DNA of 64,000 bases from Candidatus Bathyarchaeia archaeon (GTDB lineage: Archaea; Thermoproteota; Bathyarchaeia; Bathyarchaeales; Bathycorpusculaceae). The position numbers and the translations under genes are program-made. The stretch is taken from assembly GCA_035542975.1 (NCBI GenBank), contig DATKKK010000040.1, positions 13,857-77,856 on the forward strand, written 5' to 3'. The notes below the pieces were generated by a model, which was given only the letters and a program-made list of their open reading frames with translations, ran no database searches and was not told the origin of the DNA. Below are positions 8,509 to 16,571 of the stretch, one piece after another (the first letter of the stretch is position 1; the number at the start of each line of letters is the position of its first letter).

Positions 8509-9302
8509 ACGCTCAAAAGCTTTCTCATGAACTGACTATTGAAGAATCATTAACGATAACTTTAAACCTTTACGCAAACAATTTTGTAAAATTTTTCATA
8601 CCAATGCTCGTAGCTTCGTTAGTTTCTGGAGTCTCGAGCGCTATGCTTTCTGATTATTTTTCGTCAGTAGAGTTTCCTGAGGTTGGAGCGGGAACAGAAG
8701 CTTGGAATTTGTTTTTTAGCAACATAGTCGTACTGTTAATTGCTTCTCTCGCCTTCTTTGTAGTTGCGTTAATAGCAAGCGCGATAGCAGAAGGCGTGTG
8801 CATCAAGAACACTTCGAACCTCGTAGAAAAAAGAGCAACAAACACTGGAGAAGCGTTAACTTTCACGGTTCACAAGCTTCTGCCACTATTGGCAGCCTCA
8901 ATAATCACTGGAATATTAATAGGAGTCGGTCTTGTTTTGCTAGTGGTGCCCGGAATAATTTTTGCCATTATGTTTTCTCTGGCAATTCCATCGATAATTA
9001 TTGAAAACGTTGGCGTTGCCGACAGCCTTTCCATGAGCAGAAAACTCGTCAGCAACCGTTGGTTGAAAACATTCGCTTTCTTCATAATAATCGGCGTCAT
9101 AATTCTGTTTGTCGCTGTAATTGCCATCTTTGTCGCAGGACCATTTGGAGCGTTTGGTTCACTCGCAAAAAACATGGTGAACAGCATTGTAACCGCTTTT
9201 GCCGGGCCAGTCGTGCCGATAGCAGTAACCGTATACTACTATTCTATGAAGGGAAGAAAGCAACAGCAGCAGGTTCCTCCTCCGCCGCCTCCACCTTTCT
9301 AG
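8505..9302 (+). CDS. Polytopic membrane protein with a Gln/Pro tail
   Basis: 265 aa, about 6 hydrophobic helices, ends ...KGRKQQQQVPPPPPPPF. TTG start overlaps the preceding TGA. Confidence 0.6.
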   Translation: MNAQKLSHELTIEESLTITLNLYANNFVKFFIPMLVASLVSGVSSAMLSDYFSSVEFPEVGAGTEAWNLFFSNIVVLLIASLAFFVVALIASAIAEGVCIKNTSNLVEKRATNTGEALTFTVHKLLPLLAASIITGILIGVGLVLLVVPGIIFAIMFSLAIPSIIIENVGVADSLSMSRKLVSNRWLKTFAFFIIIGVIILFVAVIAIFVAGPFGAFGSLAKNMVNSIVTAFAGPVVPIAVTVYYYSMKGRKQQQQVPPPPPPPF

Positions 9303-9311
9303 AAAGCTTGG

Positions 9312-9575
9312 TTATTCTCCTTTCAGAAGCCACTTCAACGGAATATCTTGAAAAGTCTTGTCAGGCAGCGTTCTTCTAATCGTCATCGGAAGAATCCCTG
9401 AATCAAGCTCCTTTAACGCTATGTCTATCGGGCCTGGAAAGCCTTCTGGCACTTCAACAAGTATAGGTGCACCCATAGATATCTGCAGGGCTCTAGCGCC
9501 GACTATTCTTGCTTTCTCGAAGCGTGTAAGCTTTGGAGGACCTACGAGGGTTTTTTTGTCTTTTTCAGACGTGTT
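9312..9575 (-). CDS. rpoK: RNA polymerase subunit Rpo6/RpoK; the reading frame lacks a canonical start codon
   Basis: Own translation: [87 protein letters not shown]. [21 protein letters not shown] is the Rpo6 core. The frame opens right after the thermosome TAG. The only ATG lies inside the conserved core, which is why the ORF track missed it. Confidence 0.75.
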   Translation of the reverse strand, partial: NTSEKDKKTLVGPPKLTRFEKARIVGARALQISMGAPILVEVPEGFPGPIDIALKELDSGILPMTIRRTLPDKTFQDIPLKWLLKGE

Positions 9576-11231
9576 CTAATATTCCCCCATACCCGGGTAT
9601 CCACCGCCCGGCGGCATGCCGCCTGGAGGCATAGGAGGACCCTTGGTTTTGCCAGCGGCGATTACATCGTCTATTTTCAGTATCATTGAAGCCGCTTCGG
9701 TTGCGGATTTTATTATTTGTTTTTTGACGGATAATGGTTCGAAGACTCCTGCTTCTTTCATGTCTTCTACTTTTCCGTCGTTAACTTCGATTCCAGCCCA
9801 GACGTCGCCTTTTTCGTGTCTTGCACGCAACTCAGAAAGGACGTCGATTGGGTCTAAACCAGCATTTTCTGTCAGCGTCATCGGGATAATTTCAAGCGCT
9901 TCCGCAAAGACTTTCACGGCTAATTGCTCTCTTCCAGGAAGGGTTTCCGCGTATTTCTTAAGCATCCGCGAAACTTCAAGTTCTGGCGCTCCGCCTCCCG
10001 CCACGATTTTTGGTTCTTCAAATAAATCTCTGATCACGCATAAAGCGTCATGTATTGATCTTTCTGCTTCGTCTATTATGCGTTCTGTTGCGCCTCTGAT
10101 GAGTATTGTAACGGCTTTGGGGTGTTTGCATCCTTCTATGAAAGTCATCTTGTCTTCTCCTATCTTGCGTTCTTCAACCAAGTTTGCATAGCCCAAATCT
10201 ACCGCGCTTATTGCTTCCAAGTTGGTGATTATCTTTCCGCCAGTGGCTTTCGAAAGCTTCTCCATGTCTGACTTCTTGATTCTTCTAACTGCAAGTATTC
10301 CTTTGCGAGCGAGGAAATGCTGAACCATGTCGTCAACGCCTTTCTGACATAGCACTACGTTCGCGCCAGCGGCAACTATCTTGTCAACCATCTGTCGGAG
10401 CATTTCCTCTTCCTGCTTGAGAAAGCCCTCCATCTGCTCTGGGCTTTCAATGTTGATTTTCGCGTCAAACTCGGTTTTCTCAATCTCAAGCGAAGCATCA
10501 AGCAATGCGATTTTGGCTTTCTCCACTCTCTTAGGCATTCCAGAATGTGAAACATCCTTGTCTAAGACGATTCCTTGAATAAGCTTGGTTTCTCTTGTTG
10601 ATTCGCCTGTTTTCTTTTCAACTTTAACGTCGTCCAAATCCACTTTATATTTACTGTCGCTTTTTTCTGCAACTGCCAGAATTGCTTTAACAGCCAAGTC
10701 GGCCAGATACTCTCGGTATTCGGCTACAAGTTTGCTCGCCATTGAAGTCATCGCGGCTTTTTTGGCGTATTCTTCCAAGTCTGCGCCTGTTGATATGGCT
10801 ATTTTCTCCAAGACTTGGAGTGCTTTTTCTGAGGCTTTTTTGTAGCCGTCGATTATTACGGTTGGGTGGACGTTTTTGTTGACCAATTCTTCTGCTTTGT
10901 TCAGCAGTTCTCCAGACACGATTACGGCGGTTGTGGTTCCGTCGCCTGCTTCGTTGTCTTGTGTTTTTGCGACTTCCACCATCATTTTTGCGGCTGGATG
11001 TTGAATGTCCATTTCGTCTAGGATGGTGCGTCCGTCGCTCGTTATGGTTATGTCACCGAAGCTGTCGACGAGCATTTTGTCCATACCTTTCGGGCCGAGA
11101 GCGCTTTTTACGGTTTCCGCCACTATTTTTGCGGCTTCTATGTTAGTGTGTTGCGCTTCTCTTCCTCGAGAGCGGTTTGAGCCTTCTTTTAGAACTAGAA
11201 CGGGTACTCCACCAGCTTGTTGAGATGACAA
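9576..11231 (-). CDS. ths: Thermosome subunit (group II chaperonin)
   Basis: 551 aa; ...[27 protein letters not shown]...GDGTTTAVI...VAGGGAPE... with a [15 protein letters not shown] tail. TTG start 9 nt after AAAGGAGGT. Confidence 0.95.
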   Translation of the reverse strand: MSSQQAGGVPVLVLKEGSNRSRGREAQHTNIEAAKIVAETVKSALGPKGMDKMLVDSFGDITITSDGRTILDEMDIQHPAAKMMVEVAKTQDNEAGDGTTTAVIVSGELLNKAEELVNKNVHPTVIIDGYKKASEKALQVLEKIAISTGADLEEYAKKAAMTSMASKLVAEYREYLADLAVKAILAVAEKSDSKYKVDLDDVKVEKKTGESTRETKLIQGIVLDKDVSHSGMPKRVEKAKIALLDASLEIEKTEFDAKINIESPEQMEGFLKQEEEMLRQMVDKIVAAGANVVLCQKGVDDMVQHFLARKGILAVRRIKKSDMEKLSKATGGKIITNLEAISAVDLGYANLVEERKIGEDKMTFIEGCKHPKAVTILIRGATERIIDEAERSIHDALCVIRDLFEEPKIVAGGGAPELEVSRMLKKYAETLPGREQLAVKVFAEALEIIPMTLTENAGLDPIDVLSELRARHEKGDVWAGIEVNDGKVEDMKEAGVFEPLSVKKQIIKSATEAASMILKIDDVIAAGKTKGPPMPPGGMPPGGGYPGMGEY

Positions 11232-11276
11232 ACCTTAGTTAACCTCCTTTAATGCGCAACAATGAAAAAAGGCTTT

Positions 11277-11293
11277 CAAATATAAGTCTTTCG
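11277..11293 (-). promoter_or_regulatory. Putative BRE/TATA promoter of the thermosome gene
   Basis: The minus strand reads CGAAAGA-CTTATATTTG about 46-60 nt upstream of the TTG start, followed by a GGAGGT Shine-Dalgarno. Confidence 0.45.
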
Positions 11294-11330
11294 AAAAGAA
11301 GAAGCAAAGTTAGAATCAACTATGCACTCT

Positions 11331-12452
11331 TTAAGGTGTTAATGTTTTGCGTGGCTTAAGCGTGGTTTTCAAACCGTTGCCGGTGAGAATTATCACGGTT
11401 TTGCTATCTTTGAGAGGCTTTTTTTCTGGTTGTTTTTTGTAGGCGGCGTAAGCGACCGCTGAGCTGGGTTCGACAAAAAAACCGTTTCTGGCAAGCTCGA
11501 GGAAAGCAGCGTGTGTCTCGTTTTCCTCGACTAAAACCGCGTCGCCGTTCGCTTTTTTCAAGCAGTTAACCATGAGGTTTAGGAGTGGAGGGTTGATGCT
11601 GACTAGGGCATCAGCTATAGACGTTATCTTTTTTGGTGAATCGTAAGGTAAGTTTTTGAGATGGTGGTAGAGCGGAGAAACTTGTCTGGTTTGGCAGGCT
11701 ATTATGCGGGGCATGTGGTCTATCACGTCAGAGTCTGCTAGATGTTTAAACCCGTTTACCACGCCCAGCAATAGTGTTCCAGCGGAAGCGGGCAGATAGA
11801 TGTTCTCAGGCGCATGCCAGCCGCATTGTTCGGCTATTTCGTAGGCTAGGCTTCGTATGCCATCCCTGAACAAAGGATGAAGTATGTGTCCAACGTAAAA
11901 GCCGTTTTTGTTTGGTTTTTTGGCTTCTTCTGCGACTTTGCTTCGGCTGCCCTTGATTTTGACGACTTCTGCGCCGTAGAATTGGATTTGGTTGAATTTT
12001 GGGCCTGCAACGTTTTCTGGAACGTAGATTTTTGCTTTTAACCCTGCGCGTGCAGCATAAGCCGCTATGGAGGCTCCTGCGTTGCCTGAGGAATCTTCAG
12101 AGATGTAGCCGCGTGCTATTTTGATTTGTTCGTGTAGGCTGGATATTAAGGTGGTTGAGCCTCGATCTTTGAAGGAGCCTGTTGGGTTCAGGTTTTCAAG
12201 CTTGAAGTATGTGTTGTTTGAGAATTTGACGAGTGGTGTCCAGCCTTCTCCGAGCGTTATGATATCTGTTTTTTTAACATATGGGAAAGAGTTTGCGTAT
12301 CGCCAGACCGTGTAGTCATGTTTTTTGATTTTGGTTGTTTTGAAGTCGAAACCGAGCTTAACGTCGAGTGGTTGACTGCATGAAGGGCACTTGTAATCGA
12401 GTAGGTTTGTTGAGGTTTGGTGGCAGGATGAACAGGTGATTTTGTAGCTCAT
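11331..12452 (-). CDS. Threonine synthase-like PLP enzyme (fold type II) with an N-terminal zinc ribbon
   Basis: CSSCHQ...CPSCSQ, then NPTGSFKDRGST (PLP-lysine motif) and SSGNAGASIAAYAA. Confidence 0.75.
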   Translation of the reverse strand: MSYKITCSSCHQTSTNLLDYKCPSCSQPLDVKLGFDFKTTKIKKHDYTVWRYANSFPYVKKTDIITLGEGWTPLVKFSNNTYFKLENLNPTGSFKDRGSTTLISSLHEQIKIARGYISEDSSGNAGASIAAYAARAGLKAKIYVPENVAGPKFNQIQFYGAEVVKIKGSRSKVAEEAKKPNKNGFYVGHILHPLFRDGIRSLAYEIAEQCGWHAPENIYLPASAGTLLLGVVNGFKHLADSDVIDHMPRIIACQTRQVSPLYHHLKNLPYDSPKKITSIADALVSINPPLLNLMVNCLKKANGDAVLVEENETHAAFLELARNGFFVEPSSAVAYAAYKKQPEKKPLKDSKTVIILTGNGLKTTLKPRKTLTP

Positions 12453-12525
12453 TTTGGGTTCTCGGCTCTCTATGGTTTGTTTAAATTGTTCGGGTATTTA
12501 GGTTGAACGTTGTGGTGGGTGAAAG

Positions 12526-12540
12526 GAAACTATTTATATT
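12526..12540 (+). promoter_or_regulatory. Putative BRE/TATA promoter of etfBA
   Basis: GAAAC-TATTTATATT lies about 50 nt upstream of the TTG at 12588. Confidence 0.4.
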
Positions 12541-12587
12541 GTTTTGGCACCGTTTTATTTTTCCAATCAAGCGCGAGGCGGAATGGT

Positions 12588-13376
12588 TTGAAGAGGATTG
12601 TTGTCTGTTTGAAGCAGGCGGTTGATGTTTCGCAGCTGAAGGTTGATCCTGCGACGAGACAGTTGATTACGGCTGCAGCGCCTAAGAAGATTAGTGATTT
12701 TGACAAGAACGCTTTGGAAGAAGCCATACGGGTCAAGGAGAAGATGGGCGGCGTTGAGGTTGTTACGGTGACGATGAGTGCTGAGGATGCAAAGACAGTG
12801 CTTCGGGAAGCGTTGGCGATGGGCGCGGACAAGGCGTATCTTGTGAATGATTCTGGCTTGAAGGATGTGGACACGTTTGGCACGGCTTATGTTTTGGCTG
12901 AGGCGGTGAAGAAGGTTGGAGAGTTTGATTTGATTCTGGGTGGAGAGACTTCTTTAGATAGTTTTTCGGGGCTTGTGGGTGCTAGGATGGCGGAGTTGTT
13001 GGGTTTGCCGTATGTGTCTTCTGTTAGGAAGCTCGGTGTGGAGGGTGATTCTGTGGTTGCGGAGAGGAGTTTGGAGGAGTCTATTGAGACAGTGAAGGCG
13101 AAGATGCCTGCTTTGGTGACGGTTACGCGGGAGGTTAATCAGCCGAGGATTCCGTCTTTGATGATGATTATGAAGGCTTCGAAGAAGGAGATAGTGAATT
13201 GGACGTTAGCGGATTTGAACATTCAGAAAGACAAGCTCGTGGCTCGCATCGAGTTGGTTGAGGTTTTGGCACCTAAGACTGAGCGGAAAAAGATCAGGAT
13301 CACGGGTGAGAACGTTCAGGAGGTTGCGGACAAACTGGCTAGGGCGTTGATTCAGGAAGGCGTAGTTAAAAGGTGA
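12588..13376 (+). CDS. etfB: Electron transfer flavoprotein beta subunit
   Basis: (TTG)KRIVVCLKQAVDVSQLKVDP...VTVTMSAEDAKTVLREALAMGADKAYLV... The track ORF start at 12510 adds an implausible hydrophobic leader. Confidence 0.85.
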   Translation: MKRIVVCLKQAVDVSQLKVDPATRQLITAAAPKKISDFDKNALEEAIRVKEKMGGVEVVTVTMSAEDAKTVLREALAMGADKAYLVNDSGLKDVDTFGTAYVLAEAVKKVGEFDLILGGETSLDSFSGLVGARMAELLGLPYVSSVRKLGVEGDSVVAERSLEESIETVKAKMPALVTVTREVNQPRIPSLMMIMKASKKEIVNWTLADLNIQKDKLVARIELVEVLAPKTERKKIRITGENVQEVADKLARALIQEGVVKR

Positions 13377-14347
13377 CATGTATGAGTGAGCATAAGGGTG
13401 TTTGGGTTTTTTCAGAAAACTTTGATTTGATGTTGGAGATGCTTGGGAAGGGGCGCGAGGTTGCGGATAAGCTTGGGACTGAGCTTGCGGTTGTCTTGGT
13501 TGGAAAAGATTTGTCGGACAAAGCTGATGAGTTGTTTAGGTATGGGGCTGATAAGGTTTACGTTGTTGATAACGCGATGTTGGAGCATTTTCAGGCTGAA
13601 GGGTACTTGGGTGTCTTGTATGATTTGGTGTCTAATCACAAGCCAGAAGTTGTTTTGGTTGGTTCTACTCGGGATGGGAAGCCTTTGGCGGCGAGGCTTG
13701 CGACTCGTCTTGAAGCAGGTTGTGTGCCTGACTGTTACAGGCTGAGTGTTGATGAGAACGGAAGGTTGGCGGGTGAGAGGATTACGTATGGTGGGAACGC
13801 TTCTGCGAAGATAGTTTTCAAGACTAAACCGCAGATAGTGACTGTGCCTTCGAGGGCGTTCGAGAAGCCTGAGCCGAAAAACCATAACGGGCAAGTGGTG
13901 AAGGTGGATGCGAGGGTTGATGTGGCTAGGACTGAGGTTGTGGAGAGGAAGCCGCTTGAGTCTTCAAACGTGAGGATTGAGGATGCTGAGGTTATTGTGA
14001 GTTGCGGGAGAGGCTTGGAGAAGAAGGAAGACAAGGTTTTGTTGGATGAGTTGGCTAGTGTGTTGGGTGGTCAAGTGGGGAGTTCGAGGCCTTTGGCTGA
14101 GGATAGGAAGTGGTTTAGTGAGTGGGTTGGGTTGAGTGGGCATAAGGTTAAGCCGAAGTTGTATGTTGCGTGTGGGATTTCGGGCGTTATTCAGCATGTG
14201 GCTGGGATTAGGGATGCGAAGGTGATTGTGGCGATTAACAAGGATGAGCAGGCGCCGATTTTTGAGGTGGCTGATTATGGTGTTGTGGGTAACTTGTATG
14301 AGGTTTTGCCTGCACTGAAAGAAGCGCTGAAAAAACAGCTCCAGTAG
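13373..14347 (+). CDS. etfA: Electron transfer flavoprotein alpha subunit
   Basis: ...VVSCGRGL...LASVLGGQVGSSRPLAEDRKWFSEWVGLSGHKVKPKLYVACGISGVIQHVAG...AINKDEQAPIF. Overlaps the etfB stop. Confidence 0.9.
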   Translation: MTCMSEHKGVWVFSENFDLMLEMLGKGREVADKLGTELAVVLVGKDLSDKADELFRYGADKVYVVDNAMLEHFQAEGYLGVLYDLVSNHKPEVVLVGSTRDGKPLAARLATRLEAGCVPDCYRLSVDENGRLAGERITYGGNASAKIVFKTKPQIVTVPSRAFEKPEPKNHNGQVVKVDARVDVARTEVVERKPLESSNVRIEDAEVIVSCGRGLEKKEDKVLLDELASVLGGQVGSSRPLAEDRKWFSEWVGLSGHKVKPKLYVACGISGVIQHVAGIRDAKVIVAINKDEQAPIFEVADYGVVGNLYEVLPALKEALKKQLQ

Positions 14348-14352
14348 ACAGG

Positions 14353-14402
14353 CTGAGGCTGGCTCATCAATACCTACCCCCTCCCTTATTTATAGATTGA
14401 AC
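14353..14402 (-). repeat. Copy 3 (reverse orientation) of the promoter-like repeat, extended version
   Basis: The minus strand reads GTTCAATCTATAAATAAGGGAGGGGGTAGGTATTGATGAGCCAGCCTCAG. It shares GGGGGTAGGTA...GCCTCAG with the copy at 52543-52579 and begins 6 nt after the etfA stop. Confidence 0.55.
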
Positions 14403-14446
14403 TTCTGGTCTCGATTGATTACTTATGATAAGTTGACCAGAGTCAA

Positions 14447-14472
14447 GGTTTTGCGGAAAAGTTATACCTGAA
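14447..14472 (+). promoter_or_regulatory. Conserved 26-nt motif GGTTTTGCGGAAAAGTTATACCTGAA upstream of a methyltransferase gene (copy 1)
   Basis: Identical, apart from one inserted G, to 26219-26245. Ends 31 nt before the ATG at 14503. Contains BRE/TATA-like GCGGAAAAG-TTATAC. Confidence 0.6.
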
Positions 14473-14502
14473 GCCCCAGAGTTTTGGTTAGAGGTCGACG
14501 TT

Positions 14503-15321
14503 ATGAAGCCTGATTTTGTCAAGAGGCAATGGAATGAAGCCGCTAAGAGTTGGGTTAGGTTCGTCCGAGAAGGCAAGGACTACTACAGAGAATACTTGAA
14601 TGGTCCAGCATTAAAGCAGATGATGGGAGAAGTTGAAGGAAAAAAGGTTCTTGACATCGCTTGTGGTGAAGGCTATTTTTCACGGTTCTTTGCAAAGGCT
14701 GGAGCAAAAGTGACGGGTATTGACATAAGCGACTCTCTGGTCAACGAGGCAGTCGAAGAGGAGAAAAAACATCCTCTTGGAGTGAAGTATTTTGTAGCAG
14801 ATGCGGCGAACCTGAGTATGCTTGAATCTGGCAGTTTTGACTTTGCTTTCTGTTTTATGGCATTGATGGATATGCAAGACTACGAAGGAGCCGTATCGGA
14901 AGCGTCTCGACTTTTGAAGATGAACGGAAGTTTTGTTGCGGTGATTGAGCATCCTTGCTTTGTGAGGCATCGAGTTTTGAATGGAAAAACAGTTTGCGAC
15001 TGGAAGAAGCGTACAGGTGAAGGTGGATCAGAGAAATGGTTCGGCGTGTATTACTGGATTAGTGATTATTTCACGAGACACAGTTATGTCTCTGAATGGA
15101 AACACAGCCGATTGCAGTCAAGTTTTGTGACAACGGGTTTTCATAGAACTCTTTCAGACTATGTAAATGCGATGACAAAAAGTGGTTTAGTAATCACGAA
15201 ATTTGATGAGCCTCAGCCTCTGGAACAAGGGGTTAGGCTGCATTCGCCAATGGAAAAACACTACAGAATCCCTCATTCCATCATAATCAAAGCCATTAAA
15301 ACCCTCTCTTCACTCGGTTAA
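14503..15321 (+). CDS. Class I SAM-dependent methyltransferase
   Basis: Motif I VLDIACGEGYFSRFFAKAGAKVTGIDIS, post-I/II ...FDFAFCFMALMDM..., LLKMNGSFV. Confidence 0.85.
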   Translation: MKPDFVKRQWNEAAKSWVRFVREGKDYYREYLNGPALKQMMGEVEGKKVLDIACGEGYFSRFFAKAGAKVTGIDISDSLVNEAVEEEKKHPLGVKYFVADAANLSMLESGSFDFAFCFMALMDMQDYEGAVSEASRLLKMNGSFVAVIEHPCFVRHRVLNGKTVCDWKKRTGEGGSEKWFGVYYWISDYFTRHSYVSEWKHSRLQSSFVTTGFHRTLSDYVNAMTKSGLVITKFDEPQPLEQGVRLHSPMEKHYRIPHSIIIKAIKTLSSLG

Positions 15322-15342
15322 ATCTAATGCGTGCTTCGTCAT

Positions 15343-15377
15343 GTTTTGGTTGGATAAAACTTTGCCCCAACCAACCA
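15343..15377 (+). repeat. GGATAAAAC-type intergenic repeat with a hairpin (TTGGTTGG...CCAACCAA)
   Basis: gttttggttggataaaactttgccccaaccaacca. The core TTGGTTGGATAAAACTTT recurs at 16441-16466, with weaker copies at 29087-29106 and 1551-1561. Confidence 0.5.
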
Positions 15378-15458
15378 TAGCGGGCGCAGCCAGAGGTTTT
15401 TCAATGATTTTCGAAAAGTAGAAATCTGATATGTGGGTTCTTTGAAAGAGTAGAGATA

Positions 15459-16418
15459 ATGACATTGTTGAAAGAAGAATTGTCAAAGTGGCTGCTTGCG
15501 GGTGAGCCTTGGGTAGTTTATCATACGCTAACAGATCTTTTGGACAAAGATGAGAGAGATGAGGCAGTCGTGGCGGCGAAGAAAGCGATTCCACAGCATC
15601 CATTAATAAAGAAGATGTTCAGGGGATTGAACGAAGAAGGCTATTGGGGGACACCGAAAGACATTCACATATGGTGGCCAAAGAAAGATACAACTTTTTG
15701 GATATTGCCCATGCTTGCGGATTTCGGCTTCACAGTAGAAGATAGGAGGATTGCTCGAGCTTGCGAATACGTGTTTAGCACTCAACTTCCGAATGGTGGA
15801 TTCGGATGGGATCCGCCGACTATGGCTTTCGATTGCCACAGTGCAATCATAATAGAATCGTTGGCAAGGCTAGGTCTTCTAGAAGACTCGAGACTGCAAG
15901 GAGCTTATGATTGGCTAATCAACAGACAGCGTCTTGACGGGGGGTTTTGGTGTAAGAACACTGGGCAAATTGGTAGACCTAGAGAGAAGGAGCCAAGTTG
16001 CGCCATGGCTACAATGTTTGTGCTTGGAGCATTAGCTCAAAATCCTAAGCTCCAAAATAGCAAAGTCGCCATGAAGGGAGTTGACTTTCTATTTGAATGC
16101 TGGAGAAACAGGGGAAAGATACGGTATGCAGGGCATGACAGCCAAGTTGGGACTGATTGGGAGAAACTGAAATATCCGTTCACAGACTACAAGATCTTGA
16201 AGTTTCTGGATGTTCTTTCTCAGTTTGAATATGCCAAGCAGAGGCTTAGAGAATCAGAAATGGTGAAGCTGCTTTTTTCCAAACAAGATGATCGAGGAAG
16301 GTTTACATCAGAGTCAATTCATCAAATCTGGTCAAATTTCGACTTCGGACAAAAAGAAAAGCCTTCAAGATGGATCTCCTTCTTGGCTTTACGAATAGTT
16401 AAGAGGATCTACAAGTAG
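15459..16418 (+). CDS. Prenyltransferase / squalene-cyclase-like alpha-alpha toroid repeat protein
   Basis: ...QLPNGGFGWD...YDWLINRQRLDGGFWC... repeats typical of terpenoid cyclase/prenyltransferase beta-subunit folds. Confidence 0.6.
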   Translation: MTLLKEELSKWLLAGEPWVVYHTLTDLLDKDERDEAVVAAKKAIPQHPLIKKMFRGLNEEGYWGTPKDIHIWWPKKDTTFWILPMLADFGFTVEDRRIARACEYVFSTQLPNGGFGWDPPTMAFDCHSAIIIESLARLGLLEDSRLQGAYDWLINRQRLDGGFWCKNTGQIGRPREKEPSCAMATMFVLGALAQNPKLQNSKVAMKGVDFLFECWRNRGKIRYAGHDSQVGTDWEKLKYPFTDYKILKFLDVLSQFEYAKQRLRESEMVKLLFSKQDDRGRFTSESIHQIWSNFDFGQKEKPSRWISFLALRIVKRIYK

Positions 16419-16440
16419 AGCGTATACGTCAGTCGTTTTT

Positions 16441-16466
16441 TTGGTTGGTTGGATAAAACTTTACCT
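16441..16466 (+). repeat. GGATAAAAC-type intergenic repeat, copy 2
   Basis: ttggttggttggataaaactttacct; 18 contiguous nt identical to 15347-15364. Confidence 0.5.
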
Positions 16467-16571
16467 TCGGCATCAAAATGCCCATACTTCCAAGCTTTCT
16501 TGTATAGCGCGCGCTGTCGCTCAGTATCTGAGAAACGAGAAGAAATCGTGGAATCCTAGAATGGCTAGTTG

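Noticed and set aside
9576-9578. TAG as a sense codon (pyrrolysine or reassignment). This would explain both the thermosome-rpoK continuity and the in-frame TAG in the integrase fragment (55712).
   Set aside because: TAG terminates several well-conserved genes at their expected C-termini in this window: eS26 at 2874, pyrC at 7971, etfA at 14347, the thermosome itself, the prenyltransferase-like gene at 16418 and MscS at 23434. No pylS/pylT-like genes are visible. The integrase fragment also carries a TAA and a frameshift, so decay explains it.
9616-10191. Long antisense or shadow ORFs inside strongly conserved genes. Examples are 9616-10191 and 10585-10845 in the thermosome, 33183-33668 in acd, 36566-37048 in hdrA, 37751-38443 in degT, 20303-20845 opposite the HdeD-like gene, and 5954-6448 in the CBS gene.
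   Set aside because: Their translations are low-complexity (Ser/Pro/Arg/Leu-rich), have no recognisable family, and each is fully overlapped by a gene with unmistakable conserved motifs on the other strand or frame.
12510-12587. N-terminal extensions offered by the ORF track for etfB (12510), hdrC (35300), nadM (53185), MscS (24036), DUF1805 (2318), cofE (50059), the GT (57311) and the cohesin protein (55462).
   Set aside because: The extensions are hydrophobic or low-complexity or overlap the upstream gene. In each case a start codon sits right where the conserved N-terminus begins (listed per feature).
14367-15603. The minus-strand ORFs 14367-14576 (69 aa) and 15310-15603 (97 aa), plus a start-less frame at 16409-16555 (…RALYKKAWKYGHFDAEGKVLSNQPKK…), considered as real genes or gene fragments sharing a GKVLSNQ peptide.
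   Set aside because: The shared part is only the ~20-nt DNA repeat (GTTTTATCCAACCAA) read in one frame, and the flanking translations are unrelated. The ORFs overlap promoters, spacers and the ends of convincing + strand genes, so the similarity is at the DNA-motif level.
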